Below, one piece after another: positions 26,553 through 40,325 of a stretch of DNA of 64,000 bases. Where the stretch lies: contig OX597822.1 in assembly GCA_951406725.2 (NCBI GenBank), positions 56,668,001-56,732,000 on the forward strand, in the 5' to 3' direction. Both the position numbers and the translations under genes were made by a program. Numbering within the stretch: the first letter of the stretch is position 1; every line of letters begins with the position of its first letter. The notes beneath the pieces were generated by a model. It did not search any database and was not told where the DNA came from. It saw nothing but the letters and a program-made list of their open reading frames with translations. This stretch comes from Octopus vulgaris (taxonomy: Eukaryota).

Positions 26553-26769
26553 AATAAAAGCAAGAACACCAATGGGTTAAGGTTCATTATAGCTTTTTAA
26601 GATGCGTTTTCTATTGATGAGTAGAACCGATTACATCATGAGAAAAACTGTTTACTTCGGGTGAATTAAAAGTCAAGGGTGCTAAATTTGATGATTTTTT
26701 ATGTCTCCTTTTTTCAGTAACAGCTTGATATATTGGTGAATAGTTAACGGTGTTGGATCGCATAAAGAC

Positions 26770-27526
26770 TGAAGTTGTAGTTGAAAAATGTTAGCTGACA
26801 CGGTGAAATGGATGCCATCTGAATGTTGGAAAAGCCGGATTTCCAAATAACAATTTCATAACTACCACTCAATGGTCTGTGAACACTGTAAAAGCTATAA
26901 GACGTGACATGGACAGCAGCAACGTGAACTACAAAACGGTGACCAGCAGAAAGGAATACAGCAGACGTTCTTACTGCGTCTCCACGCCAGAATCAATCCC
27001 TACAGAGCCTTTAGCTCAATCAAGACGGGTCTATGCAGCTGCTGAAGACTGATGTGGCTCTATGCAGCTGCTGAAGACTGCTGAAGACTAATCCTTGGCT
27101 GAAGAGGGTTGCTGGAAGTGTCTATGTTTGGCAGTAGGAATTGGCTCCTTACCACATCTGTGGAAGTGGTCTTCGGAGAATTTCTACGTCTTCACAATCC
27201 CCAATTTCTGGCCCCTAATTCACACAAATGTAATCCCATGAAATACTACATGTGGGGCGTGGTTGAAAAATGCACCAACCGCTCTGACTGTAACAACAAA
27301 GCCGACCAGGCGGGTATCAAGGAGGTGTTCGAAGATGTTCCCAGCGACGCAATGAAGTATGTGTAACCAGGTTCCAAAGGCGTCATCCGGCCGTGGTGGA
27401 AGATGATATCCTCCAGGATAATCTAGTTGATATTTAAAATCTTTTTAATACTTTAGTTATGGAATAGGAAACTGTGTTTTCGTTTCCCTTTATGCAAAGT
27501 GTACTGTCAAATTTAGCCCAAACATC

Positions 27527-27529
<3 letters not shown>
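26770..27529 (+). mobile_element. Decayed Tc1/mariner-superfamily fragment
   Basis: LAPNSHKCNPMKYYMWGVVEK motif, related to 21422-22010; ends CCTG-TA. Confidence 0.5.
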
Positions 27530-27572
<43 letters not shown>

Positions 27573-27650
27573 AAAATGGAAAAAACAAAACGATAAATTG
27601 AACAATTATGAATACAGTTCAATTTAAATATTTCATACAAACAAATGACA

Positions 27651-27735
27651 CATCTCATAAATTACAGCTGTTTCCACTTCATTAATAAAACGTTTAAATC
27701 CGTTTAAATATGTGATGATGCTTCATCAGATAGAT
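27651..27735 (-). ncRNA. Hammerhead ribozyme motif with extended stem II
   Basis: CUGAUGA...GAAAC-AGCU-GUA with palindromic stem III (ACAGCUGU); stem I short and bulged. Confidence 0.5.
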
Positions 27736-28663
27736 ATATCTTCTTAGACATTTGACGAAAATTATCAAATGGATATATTTATAATTTCTAAATTATTACG
27801 AAGACGCTATATAAGAACGAGCTTAATCATAAAAAAAGTAAATAATCTAACTGAAATTTTGTAGATTCATAAATTTAAAACTATAACTATTCCGTTCTAT
27901 AACCGATTTATTTGCACAGTACAGACGTTTATGTATATATTTATACATACTTATATATACACACATACACCTATCATTTATGTATACATACTTAGACACA
28001 TGCGTACGTATATACAGATGCATATACACTTGCACGCGTTTAGTTATTCATCTACATATATATACATATATATTTTTTTTTTACAATTTACATACATATA
28101 CAATTCATACACACGTATCTTTTTATGTAAGTACATTATTTTATATATATTAAAACAAATTTAAATTTTTTAATTTGACTATTAGAAGGCAAGGGAGATT
28201 AATAATTTTCCGTTTATAGAAACAAAACGAAAAACAAAATCAATTCGATACGGTCAACGAAAAAAACATTTAAATAAATGCATACAACAAAAACAAATTA
28301 ATACAATACAAACGAAATCTCCCACACACTGACAATAAGATTAAACAACAAATTAAATAAAATAAGCTATATCTACATATATCCCCATTATTTCTTTGCT
28401 TACATACATATATTTATCGATATTTATAAAACAAAACGGAAAACGAAACTACACGGACAGAAACGGACAGAAAAATAAATACATTGTATATACACATCAA
28501 AACCCAAATAATACCGATATAAAGCAATTTATTGTTCTACATTCCATTCAGCCGTCAGGCTTACATTTATACATATATATGCACACACATATATATATTT
28601 TTTTTAACGTACACAAATACACACTTATACATATGTGTGTGTATACATATATAAGTGTTTGTC

Positions 28664-28715
<52 letters not shown>

Positions 28716-29144
28716 AATTGTTATCGCCATATTAATAAGGCATTCTTATAGATATAAGAATAATCGCTGCCGCTGGTCAGCTCCATGAGGCCACCGCCTT
28801 AAGATAGCTATTGATACACGATCTGTATCCATTATAACCTTCGAACAAGGGAGGTCAGCCGCTTCACACTGCCAGTCCGACAGCTACAGACGCGTTTCGG
28901 GGTATTGCCCCTTGTCAATGTAGCGCAGTCAGACCCCGCAGGTGTCGCCACTGACGTCTCTGTTCGAAGGCTTATATTTACCTAGTTTCAGTGGAATACA
29001 TCCACTTGTTTTCAATAATAGAAATATTAAAATTACTAAGTCTCTATAAAAGAGTTTACGACAGCGTTTACTGGAAATTAATTGTTATCGCCATATTAAT
29101 ATGGAATTCTTATAGATATAAGAATAATCGCTGCCGCTGGTCAG
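28716..29144 (-). mobile_element. Retrozyme-like non-coding element: 364-nt unit plus 65-nt partial tandem repeat, containing a hammerhead
   Basis: Direct repeats 28716-28780 and 29080-29144 (2 mismatches); internal hammerhead; ends in (TA)n. Confidence 0.65.
28883..28924 (-). ncRNA. Minimal hammerhead ribozyme, U3:A8 core variant
   Basis: GCUACA-UUGACAA-GGGG(CAAUA)CCCC-GAAAC-GC-GUC-UGUAGC: perfect stems I and II, palindromic stem III (ACGCGU), GUC site. Confidence 0.8.
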
Positions 29145-29520
29145 GGAGAAATGCTTAGAGGTATTTCATCTGCCGCTACGTTCTGAGTTCAAATTTTTGC
29201 CGAGGTCGACTTTGTCTTCCATCATTTAGGGGTCGATTAAATAATTACCAGTTACGCACTGGGGTCGATATAATCGACTTAATCCGTTTGTCTGTCCTTC
29301 TTTGTTCTCTCTGTGTTTAGCCCCTTGTGGGTAGTAAAGAAATAGGTATTTCGTCTGCCGCTACGTTCTGAGTTCAAATTCTGCCGAGGTCGACTTTGAC
29401 TTTCATCCTTTCGGTGTCGATTAAACAAGTACCAGTTACGCACTGGGGTCGATGTAATCGACTTAATGCCTTTGTCTGCCCTCTCTATATTTAGCCCCTT
29501 GTAGGCAATAAAGAAACATA
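29145..29520 (+). mobile_element. Tandem dimer of Meta-domain-like SINE with AGCCCCTTGTGGGTAGTAAAGAAATA tail
   Basis: Two units joined at AAATAG|GTATTTCGTCTG. Confidence 0.8.
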
Positions 29521-30669
29521 GACTGAAAAATATTTTTTACGTTTTTTAATTTTAATTTTTATATATTATTCAATGTTTTATGTAGTTTACTTTTACTTTC
29601 GCTTTTAAACTGCTAATTTCTAAAGCATTGTTATAATATTATGCATCACGATTGAAAGATTCGTCATCCGAAGATACACTGAATGACTATGAATATAGAT
29701 AACTATCTTTTTTATTACTTTTCTTTAAACTCTTTATAGAGGTAATATCTTCCAGGGTTTATTTCTAGTTTTATATGTAGAAAAATGAAAGGTATATTTT
29801 AACAGTAATTTTTACATTAATTTCCCTAACATACACACATATACACTTGCTTTGAAAGTTCAATATTTTCCCTATACATTTCAATATGGCACTAACTTTA
29901 TTATGTAAAACTTAATCCACTTACAAAATACTTAAACCAAGCATGGGTAACCTTCTTTCGAGATCTCGGCCACATGAGACCGGCGCTACGAAACACTTTC
30001 AAAGTAAATTTTCGTTAGCTGTTTCATTCAAGAAGTTGCGGGGATCACAGTTTCCCAGTGGCTGCCCTATACTATGCTAAACTACTGGTTGCAGTTTAGC
30101 TTTATATCAACCTATATTCAATAACCCTTCTCGTAGCCTGTTCTCTTTCTCCACTCAATCTCTCCCCACCAAGCTTCCTTTTCATCGATCATCCTACTCA
30201 GCTATCTTCTTAGTCTAATCAAATAAACGAGCATTAAGCCAAACAGCAACAAACAACTAGAGTACGTTCACATGAGATGTATTAGCTTGATGCCCAGTAA
30301 GATGAGCTTTTGACGCTTCGAGCATAGTTCTTCGTCGGAACGAAAAACGGAAATCCCAGAAGAAGAAAAGAAATTACCAGCTAACCATTCATTGAAATTT
30401 GTAACAAATGGCAACACCAATTATGCCTACTTCATTTATTTAACAAAAATTTCTTTTATTTAAGGAAATCACAAGTAAAATGCTCCTTCACTGAGCCCTT
30501 CAAGAGGATAGACAAAATATGAAGTTCCAGTCAACTTGATATTCATAAGTTTTACTCTACTCTCATTATAGAATCACACCATCAGTATATGCTTAGCTAT
30601 GCTATTAAAAAGCGCTTGAAAATGCTAACATTAACACACACAGACACACTACTGTTTTCAGTATTAATC

Positions 30670-31142
30670 TAACTTGTCAATAGTATTCTTTTTTTATTTT
30701 CTCTTTCATTTGTGTATGTTGTATCGTATCTAGTTCATTGATTCCTAAATATTTGTAAGTTTGGCTTTGGTCTAATTCTCTTATTTCATTTGTTTTATCT
30801 AGCTTGATGCTGCTACTCTTAACTAGTTTCCCTCTTTTCAAGGTTGTTTGGCACATTTTTCTGAGCCAAATTTCATATTTATTTCTTTGGTAAATCCATG
30901 TACTGTCTGTTGTAATGTTTCCAGTTGTTTATCATTTGTAGCATACAATTTTAGGTCATCCATATATAAGATGTGGCTGATTGTTTTGCCGTGACAGTTG
31001 TATCCACATCCAGTTCTGTTTAGTATGTCAGATAAAGGTGTCAGTATTAATTAGAAAAGGAAGGAGAGGGTGTGTCTCCCAGAAATATTCCTCTTCTAAT
31101 GGGGATGGCTTTGGTTTTTGTGTCCCACTTTTGTCTGGAACT

Positions 31143-31143
<1 letters not shown>
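30670..31143 (-). mobile_element. R4/Dong-type retrotransposon RT fragment
   Basis: Minus strand ISHILYMDDLKLYATNDKQL, paralogous to 32683-32932; bordered by (TTA)n. Confidence 0.75.
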
Positions 31144-31208
<65 letters not shown>

Positions 31209-31210
<2 letters not shown>

Positions 31211-32932
31211 TAGTTTTATTTTTATAGCGTGCTTTCACTTCACTACCGAGCGCAGCTCTGTGTGCCTTGGGTATGTGCTGTGATTTGTTGTGATGCTCTG
31301 ATGCTTACTGTATGGAAAGTGTTCTCGTAGGCTGTGTGCAGTGCCTAGTAGTGCAATTTTCTGTATGTTATATGTGTTTGTAAGTCCTGGTGTTTTTGTT
31401 ATGTATTTGTCTGAATATTTTTTTATCATGCCTATGTACCTATTATGATAGGAATTGTTTCTGTTTTCAGGTTCCACATTCTAGTTACCTCTATTTCCAG
31501 GTCTTTGTATTTTGAGAGTTTCTCCATTTCTTTTAGAGACACGTTGTCATCTGCTGGTATTGATACATCATTTAGAAAGCATTTTTTTCTTCATGATCTC
31601 TGACAACTATATCTGGTCTGTTGGCCTTAATTTCTCTATCTGTGTGTATTGGCATATCCCAGAGTATGGTTGCTTTCTCGTTTTCTGTGACCTTTTCTGG
31701 TGTGTGCCTGTACTATCTTTTTTCTGTTGTTTTTTCATAATGTTGGCATAGCTTCCAGTGTATATAGGTCCCAACTCTGTCGTGTCTGTGAATATATTCC
31801 TTCTTAGCCAGGACTGGGCAGCCAGAGATGATATGATTTATTGCTTCTTGTCCATCTCCACATATTCTGCAGTTACTTGTTATATTTCTTTTCATTACAT
31901 GTTTTTGGTAATTTCTGGTGGGGAAGCTTTGGTTTTGTGCTGCAATTAAAAATCCTTCTGTCTCTGCTTTGAGTCCTGAGCTTCTCAACCATTGCTGGGA
32001 TTTTTTTTTGTCTATTTCTTTTACATTTAGTTTACTCCAGTATTTGCCATGAAGGGGATTTTCTTGCCATCGTTTTATCACAGTTCGTTGCTGTTCTATT
32101 TTTAGTTTGGATTTCATTTGTCTTATAGCTTTTGTTTCTTCTTCTTCTTCTTCTTCTTCTTCTTCTTCTTCTTCTTCTTCTTCTTCTTCTTCTTCTTCTT
32201 CTTCTTCTTCTTCTTCATATTTGTTAGGTGGTATGATTACTTGTTTGTATTTGTCAGCTTCCTTAAATACTGAGAACAGTTTTTTGTTTTGCTCGTGTTT
32301 TGCCGCTATTTGTATCAGTTTTCCTTCCTTCCGAAGTAGATATTTTTGCAGTCCTATGGTGGTTATTTTATAGTAGTTTTCCAGCTGCATAAGGCCTCTA
32401 CCACCTTCTATACGTTGTATATATAGCCTTTATATGTCAGATTTTGGGTGATGCATCCTAGATCCTGTCATTATTTTTCTTGTTTTCCTATCTATTTTGG
32501 TCAGTTCATCTAGTGTCCAGTTAAGGATATTGTAGCTGTAACTTATAACTGGGACGGCTAAAGTGTTGATACCTATTATCTTGTTTTTAGCATTGAGCTC
32601 TGTTTTCAGTATTGATCTAACTCGTCTATAATATTCTTTTTTTATTTTCTTTTTCATTTGTGTGTGTTGTGTCTTATCTAGTTCATGGATTCCTAAGTTG
32701 GCTTTGGTCTAATTCTTTTATTTCATTGGTTTTATCTAGTGTGATGTTGCTACTCATAACTAGTTTTCCTCTTTTCAGGGTTACTTTGGCACATTTTTCT
32801 AAACCAAATTTCATATCTATTTCTTTGATAAATCCATTAACTGTCTTTAATAGTGTTTCCAGCTGTTTGTCATTTGTAGCGTATAGTTTCAGGTCATCCA
32901 TATATAAAAGGTGGCTGATCGTTTTGCCGTAT
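31209..32932 (-). mobile_element. 5'-truncated R4/Dong-type REL retrotransposon (subfamily B), decayed
   Basis: YMDD, CRICGDGQEAINHIISGC knuckle, HRHDRVG, IQKIALLGTAH C-terminus; 3' end abuts (TAA)n at 31143-31208. Confidence 0.88.
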
Positions 32933-32947
32933 ATTATTATTATTATT

Positions 32948-35900
32948 CTATGTTTGACTTTTGCTTTATATTTGTACAAGTTGGCTCCAAGTCTCACCCA
33001 GAGACCTCAAGAGACAACAGGGTTGGAAGTTCATGTTGTTGTTATGCCTAGTGTGCCATATATTTGGGGGGTGGGGATGTTGTACTAATGAATGTCTAAA
33101 AAAAAAGTTTTTTTTTTGTTTTTTTTTAAACCGAAAATTATGTTTGTTTTAAACCTTGAGATTACATAGAGAGTATTTTGCGTAGGATATGAGCAGTTCC
33201 CATGAGCACTATCTTTTGAACTTCTGCCATTTTTGGGTTTCCTGTTATCTGAGTTAGGTAGCTATCAGCCCCTTTTGCTATCATTCCCAGGGCACCTATG
33301 ACAACAGGTATTGTTTTAGTCTTCAGCTTCCACATTTTGCTGATTTCTATTTCAAGATCTTTATATTTGCTCAGTTTTTGGTAGGTCTTGACAGATACGT
33401 TTATATCGATTGGGACAGTCATATCAATGAGGAGGCATGTTCTTTGTTTGAAGTTTTTCAATATGATGTCTGGCCTATTTGCATCTATCTTCCTGTCAGT
33501 TTGAATGGTGAAGTTCCAGAGGAGTGAGATGTGGTCATTTTCAAGCACTGGGGGTGGTTTGTGTTCCCACCAGTTTTTTTCATGGGGCAAATCCAGGTTT
33601 TTACAGATTACCCAGTGAATATATTGTGCAGCTCTATCGTGCCTGTTGAGATACTCTGTAGGCGCTAGAAGACTGCACTTGGAGACCACATGGTCAATGG
33701 TTTCATGTTGTTGCTTGCATACACGACACGTTGGACTGCTTCTGATCTTTAATATGTTGGCCTGGTAGTTTCTTGTTGGTAGGCATTGATCTTGAGCTGC
33801 TATGATAAACCCCTCTGTTTCAGATTTTAAGCCAGAGGCCATTAGTCATTGTTGGGTCAGGGCTTTGTCGATATCTGCATTATTCGCTCTCTTTGGGTAT
33901 TTGCCATAGAGAGGTTTTTCTTGCCATTTATTATTCAGAATATCTAAGGCCGCAGTTTTGGCACGGGTTTTCATGCGCCTAGCTTTTTCTGTGCTTGTTT
34001 CTTGTATATCTATCTCTAATTCCGAAATTGGTTGTATTCGGAGTTCACTTAGATATTCCTTTGCCTGTTTTGTGACTGAGTATGATGCTTTCTTGTTTTC
34101 ATGTTTTGAGACAAGTTTTAGCATCCAGTCCTCAGAGTTTTTCAGGTAGGTGTCTAGGCCAATTGTAGCAATCTTCATTGTTATTGCCAGTTGCAAAAGA
34201 CCACGGCCTCCCTCTTTTCTTGGCAGATATAGTCGTTCTGTATCTGCCTTAGGGTGGTGCATTCTATGCATTGTCAACAGTTTCCTTATTTTTCCGTCGA
34301 GCTGACATATTTCAGTAATTGACCAGTTAACAATATTGAAACTGTAAGTCACGACTGGTATAGCTAATGCATTGATTGCTTCGATCCTGTTTCTTGCATT
34401 CAGCTCTGTCTTGAGTATTGCTCTCACTCTTCGATAGCATTCTCTCCTGATCCTTTCCTTCATCTCTGAATGCCTTATTCCGTTCCCTTCAATTATCCCT
34501 AGGTACTTGTAGCTCTCCGCTGGGTCTAGTTCTTTTATGACATTCTGTTGGTCAAGGTTAACGTTAGATGTTTCTGTCATTTTTCCTTTGATAAAGGTAG
34601 CCTTTGCACATTTATCGAGGCCGAATTGCATTCTGATGTCGTCACTGAATTGTTTGACTATCGCTAGTAAGCCCTTGAGTTGTTGATCATTTTTTGCAAA
34701 AAGCTTTAAATCATCCATGTAAACGAGATGATTTATATTTTTATCAAACATTTTATACCCGTACTGCGCGTCATTGAGCAGCTTTGAGAGAGGTATTAAG
34801 GATAAACAAAAGAGGAGTGGTGACAGTGAGTCACCCTGGAAAATGCCACACGAAATTTTTACATCACCAGCATTTAGGGATTCACTGTCACTGTTCAGAG
34901 TTAGTGTGGTTCTCCATGATCTCATACTTACAGTCAAGAAGTTTCGCAGAGTTGGTGCTATCTTATACATTTCAAGGCATTTCCTAATCCAGCTATGTGG
35001 TAGGCTATCAAAAGCCTTTTTATAGTCTATCCAGGCTATTGATAAGTTTTTTTGTGTCGTTTGTGACAATCTTCTAAGATCATCTTATTGATGAGTAGTT
35101 GGTCTTTACAGCCGTAGGATCCATACTTACAGTCAAGAAGTTTCGCAGAGTTGGTGCTATCTTATACATTTCAAGGCATTTCCTAATCCAGCTATGTGGT
35201 AGGCTATCAAAAGCCTTTTTATAGTCTATCCAGGCTATTGATAAGTTTTTGTGTCGTTTGTGACAATCTTCTAAGATCATCTTATTGATGAGTAGTTGGT
35301 CTTTACAGCCGTAGGATCCACGTTTACATCCTTTCTGTTCATTAGGGAATATGCTGCTGTCTGTTAAAAAACTATAGGTATATTCCGTCAGGACAGATGT
35401 TAGTGTTTTGTACATAGTTGTTAAGCAGGTTATGGGTCTATAGTTTTTTGGTTCATTTGTTTCTTCACTTTTTGGAAGCAGGAATGTTAACCCATTAACT
35501 AGCCAAGGAGGCATCCTACTAGGGTGTTGCAAAACATCATTGTACAGTTCTGTTAGCAGTTCATGGCTCTCTGGGAAGGCATTCAGCCAGAAGTTAGGAA
35601 TTTTATCCTTTCCTGGAGACTTCCATTTGCTTGACCTCCTGAGAGCAGATCTTATATCTTCTACCTTGACACCCTCCCACTTTTGCTCTTCTAAGGGGTC
35701 CAGTTCTGTAGATATTCTGTCAATCCAGGGGGCCTTTTCGTTGTGTGTTTTTTCTTCTGCCCAGATTTTATTCCAAAATCTCTGCACTTCTTCTTTTGAT
35801 GGTACAGACCCTGCAGTAAACGCTGTTTTTCCTATCTTCCTGTAAAAATTCTTGGTGTTATTTTTGAACATGTTGTTGTCCTTGAAAAATCTAACACGCT

Positions 35901-37219
35901 TTTCATACCTCGCTATGCGGGCAGCTTTGGCAGATACCTTTTGTTTGATGGTTTCTATGGTGGCATCAATATCAAGTATAGTTTTCATATTGTATTTTTT
36001 CAGTAATTTTGGGGTTTTTGTAGGTTTGGTAATCTTGTGAGCCTTAAGGTTTTTCAAATATTCAATGTCAGATCTAAATATTTTAATTTGTTGTTGCAGA
36101 CGCTCTTGCCAAGAAGGCTTTTTGTGGGACTGTTGCCGTTTTCTAATCTTTACACCACATAGGATCGTTGAGATTTTCGCGGATGCATAGTATAGGTGGT
36201 TGAGGTTTGTGATATCAACATCATTAACTGAAATTATATCCTTAAGTGCAAGCCGGATTTTACCAATTATTTTCATGTTTTGGTTAGAGTTGCGGATTTT
36301 AGGAAGTGTATCACGCTCATCCATGCTGGTTTCTTTAATTTTCAGCCATTCAATCATGATTTGATTTTTTAGCTCATGTAGTTCTGTTGGGTCAATATTT
36401 GTGTGACTTTCTTTATCTATTTGATGCTCATCTGTCTTAGTGTTTATGATTGGTTCAGGGCGTATTTCACTTTGCCTATCACTTATACTAACTCTTTCAA
36501 TCCTCTCTTCGTTTTTATCCGCCCTGGGCTGGTCTATAATCATTTCCTCTGTATTATCTTCTCTAGCTGCAGCTTCGTTCATTTTATCCGATATTGCTTG
36601 TCTAACCTGATCAATCTCTACTTCAGTCAGTAATTTCTTTTTTATAATGTTTCTTCTAACATTGGCAAGCTTGTTACTGTCTATGTAGGGTCTTACTTCA
36701 GGGTGTTTCTGTCTCCAGTTTAAGTATGCTTGTACAGTGCTAGACTTATCTGTGGGGAAATATATGGCATGGTAGAAGGCCTCAAGAACTTCTTTATTAT
36801 CTTCCCTAGACCATTTTTCTTTCTTTTTCTTTTGATTATTTGGTGATGAGCATGGATGGCCATCTGTTGGAATATTCCGGTTGTGGGGTTCGTCCAGCTC
36901 CTGTGTGTTGGGAAGATTTGATCCAGTAACTGATTTTTCAATCAGGATTTGGTTCAATTTTCGGGTACGTGGTCTTTTGTAATCCGCGCAATGACCAATG
37001 CGGTTTATTGTTTGATTTGTTGACCTTGAAGCATGACGAGCATTCATTCTTATATTAGGAGATGGATCTGTCAGTTTAGGGTTCACTACATGTAAGCATT
37101 GCTCATAGCGCCGCTTCTTAAGACTAGCAGATCTATATTCGTCTGTATTTTTTTTGTTGATAGTTTTATCTCCGGACATTTTTTTTTTTTTTTCCCTTTC
37201 CTCCTCTTCCCTTTTCCTC
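32948..37219 (-). mobile_element. Near-full-length R4/Dong-type non-LTR retrotransposon (subfamily A)
   Basis: Single long ORF architecture, about 200-nt 3' UTR, (TAA)n at both ends. Confidence 0.92.
33162..37179 (-). pseudogene. RT / zinc-knuckle / restriction-like endonuclease polyprotein, disrupted by a tandem duplication and one stop
   Basis: NYRPITCL, WIDYKKAFDS, GIFQGDSLSP, YMDD, CRVC..HVVSKC, RHD, RPDIIL..LIDMTVP..K..KY; TGA at 33846-33848 where the paralog has Trp (QQWL); duplication at 34923-35318. Confidence 0.92.
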
Positions 37220-37263
<44 letters not shown>

Positions 37264-37299
37264 ATTATTATTATTATTATTATTATGATTTTTATTATT

Positions 37300-37997
37300 A
37301 CTTTTTTTCTTCTTTCAAATTTGCTTCCATTTCTTGCCGAGTATCTTCCCGACTCCTAGGGCAAAGAAACTCATAGTATACATTGGTAGGCCATTAAACT
37401 AAAGTCAATAGTTCGTTCATTTTTTTTTTTTAAGTTAAATTAAAATACATGAGCAGCAACAGTTCTCAAATCGACAATGCTCTTCTCAATACGTGTGATG
37501 TACAGTTAAGACAATCTTTTGCACTTCTTGCAGGGATGGTAAGCCAGGGATCATTCTCATATAATTTTCGGTTCCCTTCTTGATCATTCCTACTGCTCCT
37601 ACGATCACTAGTATTGTAACCGCCTTGAGATGCCACATTTTCTCAATTTCAATGAGTAGGTCTTTATATTTTCTGAGCTTGTCAAACTCTTTCGCTGAGA
37701 TATTATGATCACAGGGGATGTTCATGTCGATCAATAATCAAACTTTATTGTTTTGGTCTTTCACAACAATATCTGGTTTATTGGCCTTGATGGTTCGGTC
37801 TGTATGTACTGGAAAGTCCCACAGAATGGTTACATTTTCTCCTTCAGTTACAGCCTCAGGGTGGTGATTATACCACTTGTCGGCAGTTTTGATATTGTAA
37901 TGCCGACTTATTAGCCAGTGTAGATATTGGCCAACTCTGTCATGTCTTAATTTATACTCCACTGGTGCTAAGACTTTACATCCAGAGATTAGGTGGT
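37300..37997 (-). mobile_element. R4/Dong-type 3' fragment (subfamily C; REL domain and 3' UTR)
   Basis: RHDRVG, ILWDFPVHTDRTIKANKPDIVV, IDMNIP, KYKDL; (TAA)n on both sides. Confidence 0.85.
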
Positions 37998-37999
37998 CC

Positions 38000-38520
<521 letters not shown>

Positions 38521-39504
38521 CATAGGTCTATTCAATTAAAACTGGCTTGAATTTAAAAGCAACAACATGCACGCGCAAAGAGGCCCACCCACACATACAT
38601 GTATGTATGTATGTATGCATGTATGTATGTATGTATGTATGTATGTATGTATGTATGTATGTATGTATGTATGTATGTATGTATGCATGTATGTACGTAC
38701 GTATACATCTACGTTCTTACGTATCTGTGTATACATGTGTGTGTATTAAATTAAATTAGATACTTTACAAACACGAAACTAAGCTAGGAAATGTGCACAA
38801 GACGAACCACGGCGAGTGAACTACGCTTCTGTAGATAACTGAGCCCACCATTACACCACTGGTACACTTCCTTTACTCAAATTAACATCTGTAAATTGTC
38901 ACTGTGAAAATATCACGTCACCCACAAGAGAATTCATGGAATTTCTTAGTTACTTAATCTAAGCTGTAAAAAAAAATCAGTACTTGCTTCTATTTTATAT
39001 TCTTCGGTTAACATGTTTTTATGTTTTTCCCGAAATTATATTTTTACGTTAAACTTGATCTGAAACATAATCATTTTTGTTGATGATAAAGTAGGCGCTC
39101 GTGAATCAGTAGCAATATTTTATCTTTGTAACAAGTAATGACCGTCTTGATTGACTAGTAAAAGAACTGTAAGAAAATTGCGTACAAGCACCAGGTTTAG
39201 TTTAATGTTTGCATCTATTTAGCGATCGTATATCGAGCAAAGGCCGTTGTGTCTCTGAAAATGTTCATGCTTTCATTGTTTGGAAACATCAAATACCCTC
39301 TCTGTGAAGTATAATTTGAAAGTCAAAGGACAAGATACACATTCGAAAAAGTCACATTTATTTAATTTCGCTCAATTTCCAAATTTCCCATGCCTTTTTA
39401 TTTACGTTGTATAAATTTAGCTTATCTTAATCGTGTTTTAACAATGTCTTATATGAATGTCATTGACTAAATCTAGCCGAATATACAACTTGAACTAATC
39501 AAAT

Positions 39505-39910
39505 AGGCGTAGGAGTGGCTGTGTAGTAAGTAGCTTGCTTACCGACCACATGGTTCAGGGTTCAGTCCCACTACGTGGCACCTTGGGCAAGTGTCTTCTA
39601 CAATAGCTTCGGGCCCACCAAAGCCTTGTGAGTGGATTTGGTTGACGGAAACTGAAAGAAGCCCGTCGTATATATGTATATGTATATATATATGTGTGTG
39701 TGTGTGTCAGTGTTTGTCCCCCAACATCGCTTGACAACTGATGCTGGTGTGTTTACGTCCCCGTAACTTAGCAGTTCGGCAAAGAGAGACTGATAGAATA
39801 AGTACTAGGCTTACAGAGAATAAGTCCTGGGGTCGATTTGCTCGACTAAAAGGCGGTGCTCCAGCATGGCCACAGTCAAATGACTGAAACAAGAAAAAAA
39901 AAAGAGTAAA
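39505..39910 (+). mobile_element. Composite tRNA-derived SINE, full length
   Basis: AGGCGTAGGAGTGGCTGTGTAGTAAG head through the AGAGTAAA tail. Confidence 0.85.
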
Positions 39911-40325
39911 TATAATCAAACATTTAACCGGTTCCGAAAAGTTTCTGGCACTTTCAGATAAATATGTACTTCTATTCTGATGAAGTGAAATATTTTAATG
40001 ATGTATTCATGAAGTATTCATATGATTGCATCAAATCGGATGATTCCACAAGGTATCACAAAATGCTACTATTCGTGTCCCCTGTAATCGGTACTAAACT
40101 TTATACATTGCCAAGACAATCATTTTGCATCATTTCAAATCTAAAACAGCGTAAATATCGACAAGAGAAACCAGAAACACAAGGGTGAGAAGTTTGCCTT
40201 GAAAGTACATGATCTGAAATTTGATGACACAGCACGGTGCACTGAGCAATGCCTTCTACCTTTGCCATTTGTTGAGCGATACCTTGTGAGTGGAATTTGG
40301 TAGACCGAAGTATAATCACACGCTC

